DNA from: Acaryochloris thomasi RCC1774
Lineage (GTDB): Bacteria > Cyanobacteriota > Cyanobacteriia > Thermosynechococcales > Thermosynechococcaceae
Length of the DNA stretch: 32,000 nt
Direction of reading: 5' to 3'
NCBI RefSeq assembly: GCF_003231495.1
Contig: NZ_PQWO01000023.1
Location: forward strand, 24,931-56,930
The notes beneath the pieces were generated by a model, which was not told the DNA's origin, made no database searches, and saw nothing but the letters and a program-made list of their open reading frames with translations. A program made the translations under genes and the position numbers. Shown in pieces: positions 1 through 7,733 of the stretch. Numbering within the stretch: the first letter of the stretch is position 1; every line of letters begins with the position of its first letter.

Positions 1-120
1 CTCATACCTCACACCATAAATTGCTGTAGACATCAGAGAGATGTTGAAAAGCTTTCTGATGTTTACTCCTTCTTTCTCTATATTTGTTGTTCATCTAGCT
101 ACCATTCATCGCGCAACGTC

Positions 121-1950
121 ATGGGTTACACCACCGAAATAATTACTCGGCGCAACTTTATCCGGTTCTCAGCCGGAATGGGATTTGCACTGGGGTTTAA
201 CAGTCTTTCCCCAAGGCTACGGGCTGCAACAGCTCGTGAGGCAGAAGGAGGCCGTAATTATCCCGACGTAATTAACCTTCAGGTACAGAAAACCAAGCTT
301 GAGATTGGCGGTAAAGAGACTTCAGCCATCACCTCAAATGGCTCCATTCCTGGCCCCTTGGTGAGGCTTAGGGAAGGTCAAACCGCCACCATTCAAGTAA
401 CCAATCGGCTCAAGGAAGACACGTCAATTCACTGGCATGGCATTCTGCTACCACCTGAGATGGATGGCGTACCCGGAGTTAGTTTTGCGGGTATCAAACC
501 AGGAAAGACTTTTACCTATCGTTTCCCCGTCCAGCAAAGTGGAACCTATTGGTATCACAGTCACAGCGGTGTACAGGAGCAAATGGGGCATTTTGGACCC
601 CTAATTGTAGACCCTTTAGAGCCAGAACCGTTCGAGTATCAGCGGGATTATGTGGTGATGCTCTCGGACTGGACCTTTGAGAATCCTCATAGTGTCCTGG
701 CCAATCTAAAAAAGATGAGCGCCTACTACAATTACAACCGGCGCACGGTGGCAACGCTCGCCAAGGATTTACCCTGGAAGCGGATGCGAATGGATCCTAC
801 AGATATTGCGGATGTGACGGGGGCGACCTACACCTATCTCATGAACGGCAAGGCCCCTGGATCGAACTGGACAGGACTATTCCGTTCTGGGGAGAAAGTG
901 CGCCTGCGGTTCATCAACGCTTCAGCCATGACTTTTTTTGATGTGCGGATTCCTGGCCTGAAGATGACCGTTGTGCAGGCCGATGGTCAGAATATTCAAC
1001 CCGTCCCTGTTGACGAATTTCGCATCGCTGTGGCTGAAACTTACGACGTGATCGTTGAACCGCAAGACGAGCAAGCCTTTACCATTTTTGCCGAGACGAT
1101 GGACCGTAGCGGATATGCTCGTGGTACCTTGGCCCCCCGTCAGGGAATGACGGCACCTATTCCTAAGCAACGTCCCCGTGCCATGCGAACAATGGCCGAT
1201 ATGGGCATGATGCATGATATGTCGAGCATGGACTCAGGTGGCATGAATAATATGCCGGAGAAGGGGTCTAGTGGCATGAATAACATGCAGCACGACATGT
1301 CAGGCATGAATTCAAGCGATGTGAAAAATATGCAACACAACATGCCAGAGAAGGGATCTGGTGGCATGAGCAACATGCAGCACAACATGTCAGGCATGGG
1401 TCAAGGAACCCCTCACGGTCCAGATGGTCATGGCCCCGGTAATTCAGGTGTGCCGATGATGCTTCAAAGCCGCCTTGATGATCCTGGCATTGGCTTGGAG
1501 AATACGGGAACCCGTGTCCTGCTTTACAGCGACTTGCGAAGTCTCGCCCCCAGAGAGGACCAACGACAGCCGGAACGGGAGATAGAAATCCATCTCACCG
1601 GCAACATGGAGCGCTACATGTGGTCCTTTGATGGGAAAAAGTATTCGCAATCGAAAGAGCCAATTCCGTTCCGTAACGGGGAACGGCTGCGGCTCACCTT
1701 TATCAACGACACCATGATGGAGCACCCCATTCATCTGCATGGCATGTGGATGGAGCTGGTCAATGGGGCAAGGTCTCATCAGCCCCGAAAGCACACCCTC
1801 AATGTCAAACCTGCCGAGAAAGTGTCGGTGGATGTCACGGTAGATGCTCCCGGTAATTGGGCCTTCCACTGCCACTTGCTCTACCACATGGAAGTGGGAA
1901 TGTTCCGCATCGTTTCTGTCACTAACCAAATTGCAGAGGTAAATTTATGA
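121..1950 (+). CDS. copA: Tat-exported multicopper oxidase, CopA/PcoA-type copper resistance protein with Met/His-rich insert
   Basis: 609-aa ORF; twin-arginine leader (ITRRNFIRFSAG); four copper-ligand motifs HWHG, WYHSHSG, HPIHLHG, HCHLLYHMEVGM; Met-rich block MGMMHDMSSMDSGGMNNM...NMQHNMSGM. Confidence 0.9.
   Translation: MGYTTEIITRRNFIRFSAGMGFALGFNSLSPRLRAATAREAEGGRNYPDVINLQVQKTKLEIGGKETSAITSNGSIPGPLVRLREGQTATIQVTNRLKEDTSIHWHGILLPPEMDGVPGVSFAGIKPGKTFTYRFPVQQSGTYWYHSHSGVQEQMGHFGPLIVDPLEPEPFEYQRDYVVMLSDWTFENPHSVLANLKKMSAYYNYNRRTVATLAKDLPWKRMRMDPTDIADVTGATYTYLMNGKAPGSNWTGLFRSGEKVRLRFINASAMTFFDVRIPGLKMTVVQADGQNIQPVPVDEFRIAVAETYDVIVEPQDEQAFTIFAETMDRSGYARGTLAPRQGMTAPIPKQRPRAMRTMADMGMMHDMSSMDSGGMNNMPEKGSSGMNNMQHDMSGMNSSDVKNMQHNMPEKGSGGMSNMQHNMSGMGQGTPHGPDGHGPGNSGVPMMLQSRLDDPGIGLENTGTRVLLYSDLRSLAPREDQRQPEREIEIHLTGNMERYMWSFDGKKYSQSKEPIPFRNGERLRLTFINDTMMEHPIHLHGMWMELVNGARSHQPRKHTLNVKPAEKVSVDVTVDAPGNWAFHCHLLYHMEVGMFRIVSVTNQIAEVNL
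1252..1398 (+). repeat. Two copies of a 57-nt unit (period 90 nt) inside copA encoding MPEKGS(S/G)GM(N/S)NMQH(D/N)MSGM
   Basis: atgccggagaaggggtctagtggcatgaataacatgcagcacgacatgtcaggcatg at 1252 versus atgccagagaagggatctggtggcatgagcaacatgcagcacaacatgtcaggcatg at 1342; 51/57 identical by hand count. Confidence 0.8.
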
Positions 1951-2312
1951 CCGTTCAAAAAGTAAGTTATGCAACTACTGGATTGTTGTTGGTTACAGCT
2001 CTAGCCGTGTTTACCCCTCGGGTACAGGCAGAGGAACAGCGGCTCGACAATACCCAAACCAGTACTGAAGTACCTGCGGCCACGGGTTCAGAATCTCCAG
2101 CCCCAGAACAACCAAAAGGAAATGGGATGCAGCATAATATGCCCCACGACATGCCGGGTATGAAGTCTGGCAGCATGCAGCATGACATGCCGGGAATGGG
2201 TTCAGACAGCATGAACAATATGCAACACGATAAGGGAAATATGCAGCACGACATGCCGGGAACAGATTCGACAACACCGCCTAGCCCCAGTGGGCAGAGT
2301 CCTGCGAATTAG
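1947..2312 (+). CDS. Secreted Met/His-rich protein (MQHDMPGM-type repeats), probable periplasmic Cu(I)-binding module
   Basis: 121-aa ORF overlapping copA stop by ATGA; signal peptide ending VQAEE; repeated MQHNMPHDMPGM / MQHDMPGM / NMQHDKGNMQHDMPG motifs; composition mirrors the Met-rich N-terminus found in canonical CopB/PcoB. Confidence 0.6.
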   Translation: MTVQKVSYATTGLLLVTALAVFTPRVQAEEQRLDNTQTSTEVPAATGSESPAPEQPKGNGMQHNMPHDMPGMKSGSMQHDMPGMGSDSMNNMQHDKGNMQHDMPGTDSTTPPSPSGQSPAN

Positions 2313-2426
2313 ATTGGCTTTATACCCATAACTCGTACAGAACAATGTGCTTTTTGACAGCGAATGAAGCAGTCTTGCGGATTTGTGCTGTCTCTACTAT
2401 TGGTAAATTTGTAGAGGTAATTGTGA

Positions 2427-3587
2427 GTGAGGATTCAACATCGTTATTGGGCGACCGCTCTTTCTGGAACGTTGGTTTCGATGGTGCTTGGGGGTGGTCT
2501 TTCCCCGGCGCAGGCGGAGAAGACTAAAACGCAGCCAATTCATCAGGAGGTTGAAATCTTAGCAGCCCCCGATTCGCCACCAGCCGACCGTTTGGAAGAC
2601 CCCAATGAGACAGAATCCTCTGCAGAGGAAAGCGATCAACTGGCACCCCTTGCACCCAACCCTCGCGCTACCGTAGACGCCCTCAAACCGACAACGGCAG
2701 AAACCGCTAGTTCAGAAGCGTTGCTGCCCACCCACTCCAAAGGCTTTGAGGAGACAGAGGCAGGCAAAGTACAGCCTCCCATAACTTTTCTTGAGACCAG
2801 CAGGCAGACTCCCCAGCCTTCTTTTACAAATGGTCCTCTAGCACAGTCTCTAACGGAGGAATCGCCTGAAATGCCGCAGCTCTCACCTGCAGCTCCACAA
2901 CCAACGGACAAGGAGGACTGGCCATCGCCCGTTAAAGATAATCAAACTTTCTTCTTTGTCTTGATTGATCAGTTGGAGATTCGCACCGTTGATGGCCCAA
3001 CGACCCTGAATTGGGATGCAGTCGGATGGGTGGGTGGCGACTTCAGACGCTTCTGGTTCAAAACAGAGGGTGACGTGGGCCTCTCGGCAGACACTGGCGG
3101 AGAAGCAGAGGTGCAAGCTCTATACGGTCAACTGGTCGCACCCTTTTGGGATTTTCAGGCGGGCCTAAGGTATGACCGCTTATATGGTCCTGCTCCAGAC
3201 CGAGGGCGAGCCTTTGCGGTGGTCGGCATCCAGGGATTAGCGCCCTATCTGTTTGAGGTGGATGCTTCCCTATTCATTAGTGAGGATGGTGATGTCTCAG
3301 CTAGACTCACAGGTGAATATGAGCTGTTGCTGACCCAGCGATTGATCTTGCAGCCCAAGGCTGAGATTAACCTTGCCGCCCAGAGGGTCGAAAATTTTGG
3401 TGTTGGCTCGGGACTCAATGATATTGAGCTGGGACTGCGCCTCCGCTATGAAATTAGCCGCAAGTTTGCTCCTTATGTTGGCATCAACTGGCAGCGCAAA
3501 TTCTTTGAAACCGCTGACCTAGTCAGAGAAGAAGGAGAGAGCGTCGGGGACTTTTCAGTTCTAGCGGGTGTGCGGCTTTTATTCTAG
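2427..3587 (+). CDS. copB: CopB/PcoB-family copper resistance outer-membrane protein with long Pro/Glu/Ser-rich linker
   Basis: GTG start preceded by gaggtaa; signal peptide ...GGGLSPAQA; C-terminal ~230 aa show the CopB family pattern (DQLEIRT, WDAVGWVGGDFRRFWFKTEG, LYGQLVAPFWDFQAGLRYD, GLAPYLFEVDASLFISEDGDVSARL, LILQPKAEINLAA); position directly after copA. Confidence 0.8.
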   Translation: MRIQHRYWATALSGTLVSMVLGGGLSPAQAEKTKTQPIHQEVEILAAPDSPPADRLEDPNETESSAEESDQLAPLAPNPRATVDALKPTTAETASSEALLPTHSKGFEETEAGKVQPPITFLETSRQTPQPSFTNGPLAQSLTEESPEMPQLSPAAPQPTDKEDWPSPVKDNQTFFFVLIDQLEIRTVDGPTTLNWDAVGWVGGDFRRFWFKTEGDVGLSADTGGEAEVQALYGQLVAPFWDFQAGLRYDRLYGPAPDRGRAFAVVGIQGLAPYLFEVDASLFISEDGDVSARLTGEYELLLTQRLILQPKAEINLAAQRVENFGVGSGLNDIELGLRLRYEISRKFAPYVGINWQRKFFETADLVREEGESVGDFSVLAGVRLLF

Positions 3588-3679
3588 AGCTGAGTGTTAT
3601 TGGATAATGGGACTTTTATGGTGCGATCGCAAACTTACGTTGACACTCTCGAACCAAACTACGTCACGAGGGAATATGG

Positions 3680-4018
3680 ATGACGCTTCACGTCACAAAT
3701 GCAGAGCCGAATACCGGATTATTTTCTTTGGCTCACAGTGGCGAAAGTCACGATCGTTCAAGCGAGAGCCAAAAAACTGAAGCTTCAATATCTCATGGAT
3801 CAGAGACCGTGCCAGAGTCTCAACCTACCGCCCCTGCCAAGATTACCAAGCCGTCGCTCACTCCTGTAGAACCTTCTACAGCGTCAGTGGTCAGTAATCA
3901 AACAACGCTGGCAAGTTCCGTGATGGGCTTTCCCTTTGGTTTGGGTGAACTCTCCTTGGGTTTGATTCTAATCGGCCCAGTCTGTTTGTCTGCCATAAGA
4001 CGTTGGCTGCAGTCATGA
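3680..4018 (+). CDS. Hypothetical Ser/Thr/Pro-rich protein with C-terminal transmembrane anchor
   Basis: 112-aa ORF; C-terminal hydrophobic helix LGELSLGLILIGPVCLSAI followed by RRW; stop overlaps next ATG (ATGA), suggesting translational coupling; no family recognised. Confidence 0.35.
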   Translation: MTLHVTNAEPNTGLFSLAHSGESHDRSSESQKTEASISHGSETVPESQPTAPAKITKPSLTPVEPSTASVVSNQTTLASSVMGFPFGLGELSLGLILIGPVCLSAIRRWLQS

Positions 4019-4299
4019 GTTCTTTACGCTTGAACCTACGCCGCCTCCACAAGGCGACTGCCCCTCTGATGTGTGTTCCCCTTCTGCTAACGTTACTCAC
4101 TGGCGTCGGATTTCAAATGGCGGCTGTCAGCGGCAAGGGAGATCAGTTTCTTTGGCTGTTGGACCTCCATCGAGGAAGGTTTGGTCGGTTTGACTTGGAA
4201 TTGGTCTATCCCTTTCTCAATGCCCTCGGCTTGTTGGTGCTGGTGATTACGGGGACGCTTATGTGGTTGCAGCAATATCAACTTCGGGTAAAACGGTAA
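4015..4299 (+). CDS. Small membrane protein resembling PepSY-associated TM helix proteins
   Basis: ATG at 4015 overlaps upstream stop; LRRLHKATAPLMCVPLLLTLLTGVGF and LGLLVLVITGTLMWL helices match the LHrw...lTG pattern of PepSY_TM proteins; ORF track start (TTG 4003) is less likely. Confidence 0.5.
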   Translation: MSSLRLNLRRLHKATAPLMCVPLLLTLLTGVGFQMAAVSGKGDQFLWLLDLHRGRFGRFDLELVYPFLNALGLLVLVITGTLMWLQQYQLRVKR

Positions 4300-4307
4300 C
4301 GTTCAAA

Positions 4308-5018
4308 TCATTCAACTCTAATGATATTTTTCATCCCAAACCAGTTGTAGCGCCGAATGCCCCAGGGCAGACCCACCAACAGAACCAGAAAAATAGCCGC
4401 CAGTGCGAGGCTTTCAGGTAGCCCTATCGTAAATGCTGACCCCATGTAAGTTAGCAGAAGGGTTGAAGGAATCATGCCCAATAAGGTAGCGGTAGCGTAG
4501 ATAGGGAGTGAAAGTCCGGTGATACCTGCGCCATAGCTCATCAAATCAAACGATAAGACCGGAAGTAAACGAGTCAGAAAGATCAACCAGCCAAGATATA
4601 GCTCTCCTCGCTCCTTTGAAAAGTAGATGAGTTTGCCGGTGAGGGCGTAAACGGCGGAGCGTCCCAAAGTAAGGCCAATATAGTAGGCCGCTAAACTGCC
4701 AATAAATCCACCGATGACGCTATAGATCCCCGCCACTAGAGACCCCCATATTGCGCCAGCGGCCACTGCAATGGGGGCACCTGGAATCGGACTAATCACC
4801 ACGGATAGGGCAACGATCCCAATGTAGACGAACGGCCCCAGCCAGCCTGCGTTGATGACCGTTTGCTTGAAAGTTTCAGGGCTAGATAGATCGGGCGGAG
4901 AATAAATCCACCAGCAGACAAGCAAGCACCCAATAAGCACCAGAAGTGAGATCGCATTGGGTCGGCTGAATAGAACCCGCCATCGCCTAGATTGTCTGTG
5001 ACTTCTCCGTTTAGTCAC
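4308..5018 (-). CDS. TVP38/TMEM64 (DedA-related, SNARE-associated) family membrane protein
   Basis: 236-aa polytopic ORF; basic N-terminus then LGPFVYIGIVALSVVISPIPGAPIAVAAGAIWG motif typical of the family; 12 nt downstream of the oxidase gene on the same strand. Confidence 0.75.
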   Translation of the reverse strand: MTKRRSHRQSRRWRVLFSRPNAISLLVLIGCLLVCWWIYSPPDLSSPETFKQTVINAGWLGPFVYIGIVALSVVISPIPGAPIAVAAGAIWGSLVAGIYSVIGGFIGSLAAYYIGLTLGRSAVYALTGKLIYFSKERGELYLGWLIFLTRLLPVLSFDLMSYGAGITGLSLPIYATATLLGMIPSTLLLTYMGSAFTIGLPESLALAAIFLVLLVGLPWGIRRYNWFGMKNIIRVE

Positions 5019-5030
5019 TCAATACTGGCC

Positions 5031-6521
5031 TCATGCCTTCATCTCAATAGTTCCCATCATTCCCAGCTCTTCATGGTCGAGAATATGGCAGTGGTAGACC
5101 GTCTTCCCAGGAAAATCTCGGAAAGGAATCCGAATCCGAACCGTCTCACCTGTCGGAATTAACACCGTGTCTTTCCAGGCTTGATAAGGAACTGGCTGGC
5201 CGTTTCGAGCAATCACTTGAAACGGATTGGTGTGTAGATGAAACGGATGATCCATCACCCCTGTATTGCTAACTTCCCAATCCTCGACGGTGTCGAGAGA
5301 TACCTGAGTGTCAATACGTTGGTGATCGAAGGACTTGCCGTTAATTAAAAACACCATGCCCTGTCCAGGCACCATGCCATGATCAAGCTCAAACTGGCGT
5401 ACGGTTTGTGGCTCCGGTAGCGTCTCAACCTCAATCAATTGTTGAGGTATGGATTGAGGCTCCACTTGGCCGGTATAAGCCAGTGTCGCCAAGGTTTGAG
5501 GTGAGTCCTGATCATTACCCTCCATCATGCCTGGTCCCATTCGACCGCGGCCCATCATGCCTGGGCCTCCGCGATCTCGCCTCATCATGCCACCCCCCAT
5601 CATCCCCATCTGGCCTCGACTGTAGGGTAGATTCAAGAGACGGTATTGGCCCGCTTCCTGATCACCCTGCACCAGCACTTCGGCCCGTTCCCCTGGCGAC
5701 AAAAGCAGTTCCTGTATCTCTACTGGTGTCGATAAAGGATGGCCGTCAGTGGCAATCAGGTATAGGGGATGCTTTTCTAGAGCCAAACGATAGAACCGAG
5801 CATTCGAGGCATTCACTAGCCTCAGCCGCGCCAGTCCACCAGCGGGGATTGAAAACGAAGGGTTCACCTGCCCGTTCACCGTCACCAGATCGCCCTCACG
5901 TCCTGCCATTCGCCCCATCATTGGCTGTCTTTGCTCGACTACAAAATCTTTCAAAAACAGAAACGTTTGTTCTGCCGCCTGAATTTCGGGAATCTCATCT
6001 AGCGCCCCTCGGACGATGAACATGCCACCTAACCCACCCAGGATCTGATCAGCAACATAACCGTGCAGGTGAGGATGATAGTAAGCAATTCCTCCCGGAT
6101 GTTGCTGGGGAATCGAAAATTCATAGAGGGCGCTTTCCCCGCTATCAATGCGACGGAAAACGTCGTCTGCATTCCCCGTAGGTGGAATATGCAGTCCGTG
6201 ATAGTGAATGTTGGTCGGATCGCTCAGGTTGTTTTTGAAGCGAATCCGAACTATATCTCCAGGCTTTGCTTCTAGCCGGGGACCGGGAACTTGGCCGTTG
6301 TAGCTCAGTAAGTTAGTGGGTTTCCCATCCAGGTTAACTTGACGATAGCTGGCCTCCAACTCTAGGTCTAACAAGCCATCTTTGCTGGTGTACAGCTTTG
6401 GCAAACTGAGGGGTGCTTTGGGTACCGTTTGAGTTTGGCCGCGACTGCACTGCGAGAGCAACACGGCACCTGCACTACTGGCACTGAGAACCAAAAATTG
6501 TCTGCGGTTGAGCGATTGCAT
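5031..6521 (-). CDS. Second Tat-exported multicopper oxidase (CueO/laccase-like) with Met/Gly-rich loop
   Basis: 496-aa ORF; leader MQSLNRRQFLVLSASSAG; copper motifs HYHGLH, YHPHLHG, HPFHLH, HCHILDHEELGMMG; loop RGQMGMMGGGMMRRDRGGPGMMGRGRMGPGMMEG. Confidence 0.85.
   Translation of the reverse strand: MQSLNRRQFLVLSASSAGAVLLSQCSRGQTQTVPKAPLSLPKLYTSKDGLLDLELEASYRQVNLDGKPTNLLSYNGQVPGPRLEAKPGDIVRIRFKNNLSDPTNIHYHGLHIPPTGNADDVFRRIDSGESALYEFSIPQQHPGGIAYYHPHLHGYVADQILGGLGGMFIVRGALDEIPEIQAAEQTFLFLKDFVVEQRQPMMGRMAGREGDLVTVNGQVNPSFSIPAGGLARLRLVNASNARFYRLALEKHPLYLIATDGHPLSTPVEIQELLLSPGERAEVLVQGDQEAGQYRLLNLPYSRGQMGMMGGGMMRRDRGGPGMMGRGRMGPGMMEGNDQDSPQTLATLAYTGQVEPQSIPQQLIEVETLPEPQTVRQFELDHGMVPGQGMVFLINGKSFDHQRIDTQVSLDTVEDWEVSNTGVMDHPFHLHTNPFQVIARNGQPVPYQAWKDTVLIPTGETVRIRIPFRDFPGKTVYHCHILDHEELGMMGTIEMKA
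5520..5615 (-). repeat. Three tandem ~30-nt units encoding the Met/Gly-rich loop of the second oxidase
   Basis: On the + strand, units begin tccatcatgcc (5521), cccatcatgcc (5551), ctcatcatgcc (5581); units 1 and 2 roughly two-thirds identical by eye, unit 3 weaker. Confidence 0.6.
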
Positions 6522-6575
6522 ATGTCTACCTGGACTACGAAACTAAAATGCTTAGAGTTACGAACTGAGTAAAAC

Positions 6576-7205
6576 TTAAAGCTGCTTGGGAGTTGCCACT
6601 GCCGCCATCAGTCCCCAGATCAGGCCGAAGCGATCTTTTGTGGTTTGGCTAATCTCAAATTGAGCCGATGCCAGTAATTGATGAAATTCAGCTTGGGTAT
6701 AGCATTGCTGGTGGGCTGAGTCGAAAATTTTCAACACTGCATCACAAACCTTACAGAGCAAAAAATCGCGGCACCAATCTAAAATAATCAACTGTCCTTG
6801 GGGTTTAAGAACCCGCTTTACTTCTGCCAGGGCCGCTAGAGGTTGGTCGAAGTAGTGAAAGGCATTGGCAGACACAACAACATCAAACGTCTGCTTAGGG
6901 AAAGGAAGGGCTAAGACTGAGGCATGTTGAAATTGAACATTGGAATGGGAAGAAAATTTCTTTTGGGCGATCTCCAGCATATTCTCAGATAGATCAACCC
7001 CGACTACGTGCTGATCCGGGTGTTCCTTTACCAATCGCTGCTCAAATTCACCTGTGCCACAACCCACATCCAGGACATTCGCCGAGGATGAAATCTTTGC
7101 ACATGCTTGCAAGAAATCGAGGGTTTGAGCCGTGTAGCTCCGCCAACGCCAGTCATACTGACTGGCTACCTGGTCATACTGCTCTCGAACCTTAGCCTCA
7201 GTCAT
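6576..7205 (-). CDS. Class I SAM-dependent methyltransferase
   Basis: Motif I VLDVGCGTGEF, post-I VVGVDLSENM, motif II/III FDVVVSANAFHYF...LKPQGQLIILD; ATG at 7205 (MTEAKVREQYD) preferred over the ORF-track start at 7241. Confidence 0.8.
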   Translation of the reverse strand: MTEAKVREQYDQVASQYDWRWRSYTAQTLDFLQACAKISSSANVLDVGCGTGEFEQRLVKEHPDQHVVGVDLSENMLEIAQKKFSSHSNVQFQHASVLALPFPKQTFDVVVSANAFHYFDQPLAALAEVKRVLKPQGQLIILDWCRDFLLCKVCDAVLKIFDSAHQQCYTQAEFHQLLASAQFEISQTTKDRFGLIWGLMAAVATPKQL

Positions 7206-7377
7206 GGTGCAACGATTAGGTATACCTCTATTACGGCACATAATTATGAAATCAGGATGACATTCATTTCGTTTAAAGCCTTACTTAAAAAGCTAATATG
7301 AACTGTTGAACGCCAAAACAGGCATAATCATATGCATAATGTGATTCGTTTGACACGAACCTAAGCGGCAAACCAAT

Positions 7378-7515
7378 CTAAAAGCATGGCGTGGATTTTG
7401 CTGATGCTGAACGTGTTATCGTGGCGACGGCCACTCCAGTACGAGTTGCTAATTCGCCAATCTTCAACGGTGGATGGGTGGGCGGTACCGCTGGGGCTGT
7501 TGCGATCTGGCTCAT
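7378..7515 (-). pseudogene. Truncated MerR-family regulator gene (N-terminal HTH stump only)
   Basis: 45-codon ORF MSQIATAPAVPPTHPPLKIGELATRTGVAVATITRSASAKSTPCF*; LKIGELATRTGVAVATI matches the MerR-family HTH start (MKIGELAKRTGVSVETIRYYE), but the expected RYYE, dimerisation helix and metal-binding C-terminus are absent in all three frames before the methyltransferase gene. Confidence 0.5.
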
Positions 7516-7548
7516 CCTAACTTCTCTTGTGGTGCGTGAATTAGTTCT

Positions 7549-7580
7549 AAACTAAACTCTCAAGTCGGCTTGAGAGTCAA
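7549..7580 (-). promoter_or_regulatory. MerR-type operator-promoter, site A (reads leftward)
   Basis: Minus strand TTGACTCTCAAGCCGACTTGAGAGTTTAGTT: -35 TTGACT (7580-7575), 19/20-nt spacer holding a perfect 9-4-9 dyad ACTCTCAAG/CTTGAGAGT (7556-7577), -10 TTAGTT/TAGTTT. Confidence 0.55.
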
Positions 7581-7674
7581 GGATTAGCCTTCCCCCCAAG
7601 CGGTGAAATCTGTCTGCCTCCGAGCGTTATTGCTAGAGAAATTCAAAAGATTGTGATGGTCTCACTCCCAGTTC

Positions 7675-7706
7675 TTGACTCTCCAGCTAGCTACAGGGCT
7701 TAGGCT
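7675..7706 (+). promoter_or_regulatory. MerR-type operator-promoter, site B (upstream of thioredoxin-like gene)
   Basis: TTGACTCTCCAGCTAGCTACAGGGCTTAGGCT: -35 TTGACT, 19/20-nt spacer with partial dyad around AGCTAGCT, -10 TTAGGC/TAGGCT; GGAGAG RBS and ATG 7734 follow. Confidence 0.5.
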
Positions 7707-7733
7707 GTGTAAACAATTCTGGAGAGTTAAATA

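Noticed and set aside
90-110. Direct repeat TTCATC...TTCATC upstream of copA as a possible CopR/OmpR-type box
   Set aside because: The repeat spacing is 15 nt rather than 10-11. It lies within 11-31 nt of the ATG, so it is in the 5' UTR or RBS zone, and the real promoter is probably off-window.
1140-1929. Antisense ORFs inside copA (1140..1397 -, 1444..1929 -) and similar ones at 512..754 and 922..1215
   Set aside because: They lie wholly within a well-supported gene on the opposite strand. Their Cys/Met-rich or odd composition mirrors the sense-strand Met codons. They are shadow ORFs.
2345-2527. 60-aa ORF spanning the gap before copB
   Set aside because: It overlaps the copB signal-peptide region in another frame. 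The copB frame has an RBS and a convincing signal peptide.
5408-6019. 203-aa + strand ORF inside the second multicopper oxidase gene
   Set aside because: It is Pro/Ser/Arg-rich and of low complexity, has no start context, and sits antisense to an ORF with all four copper motifs.
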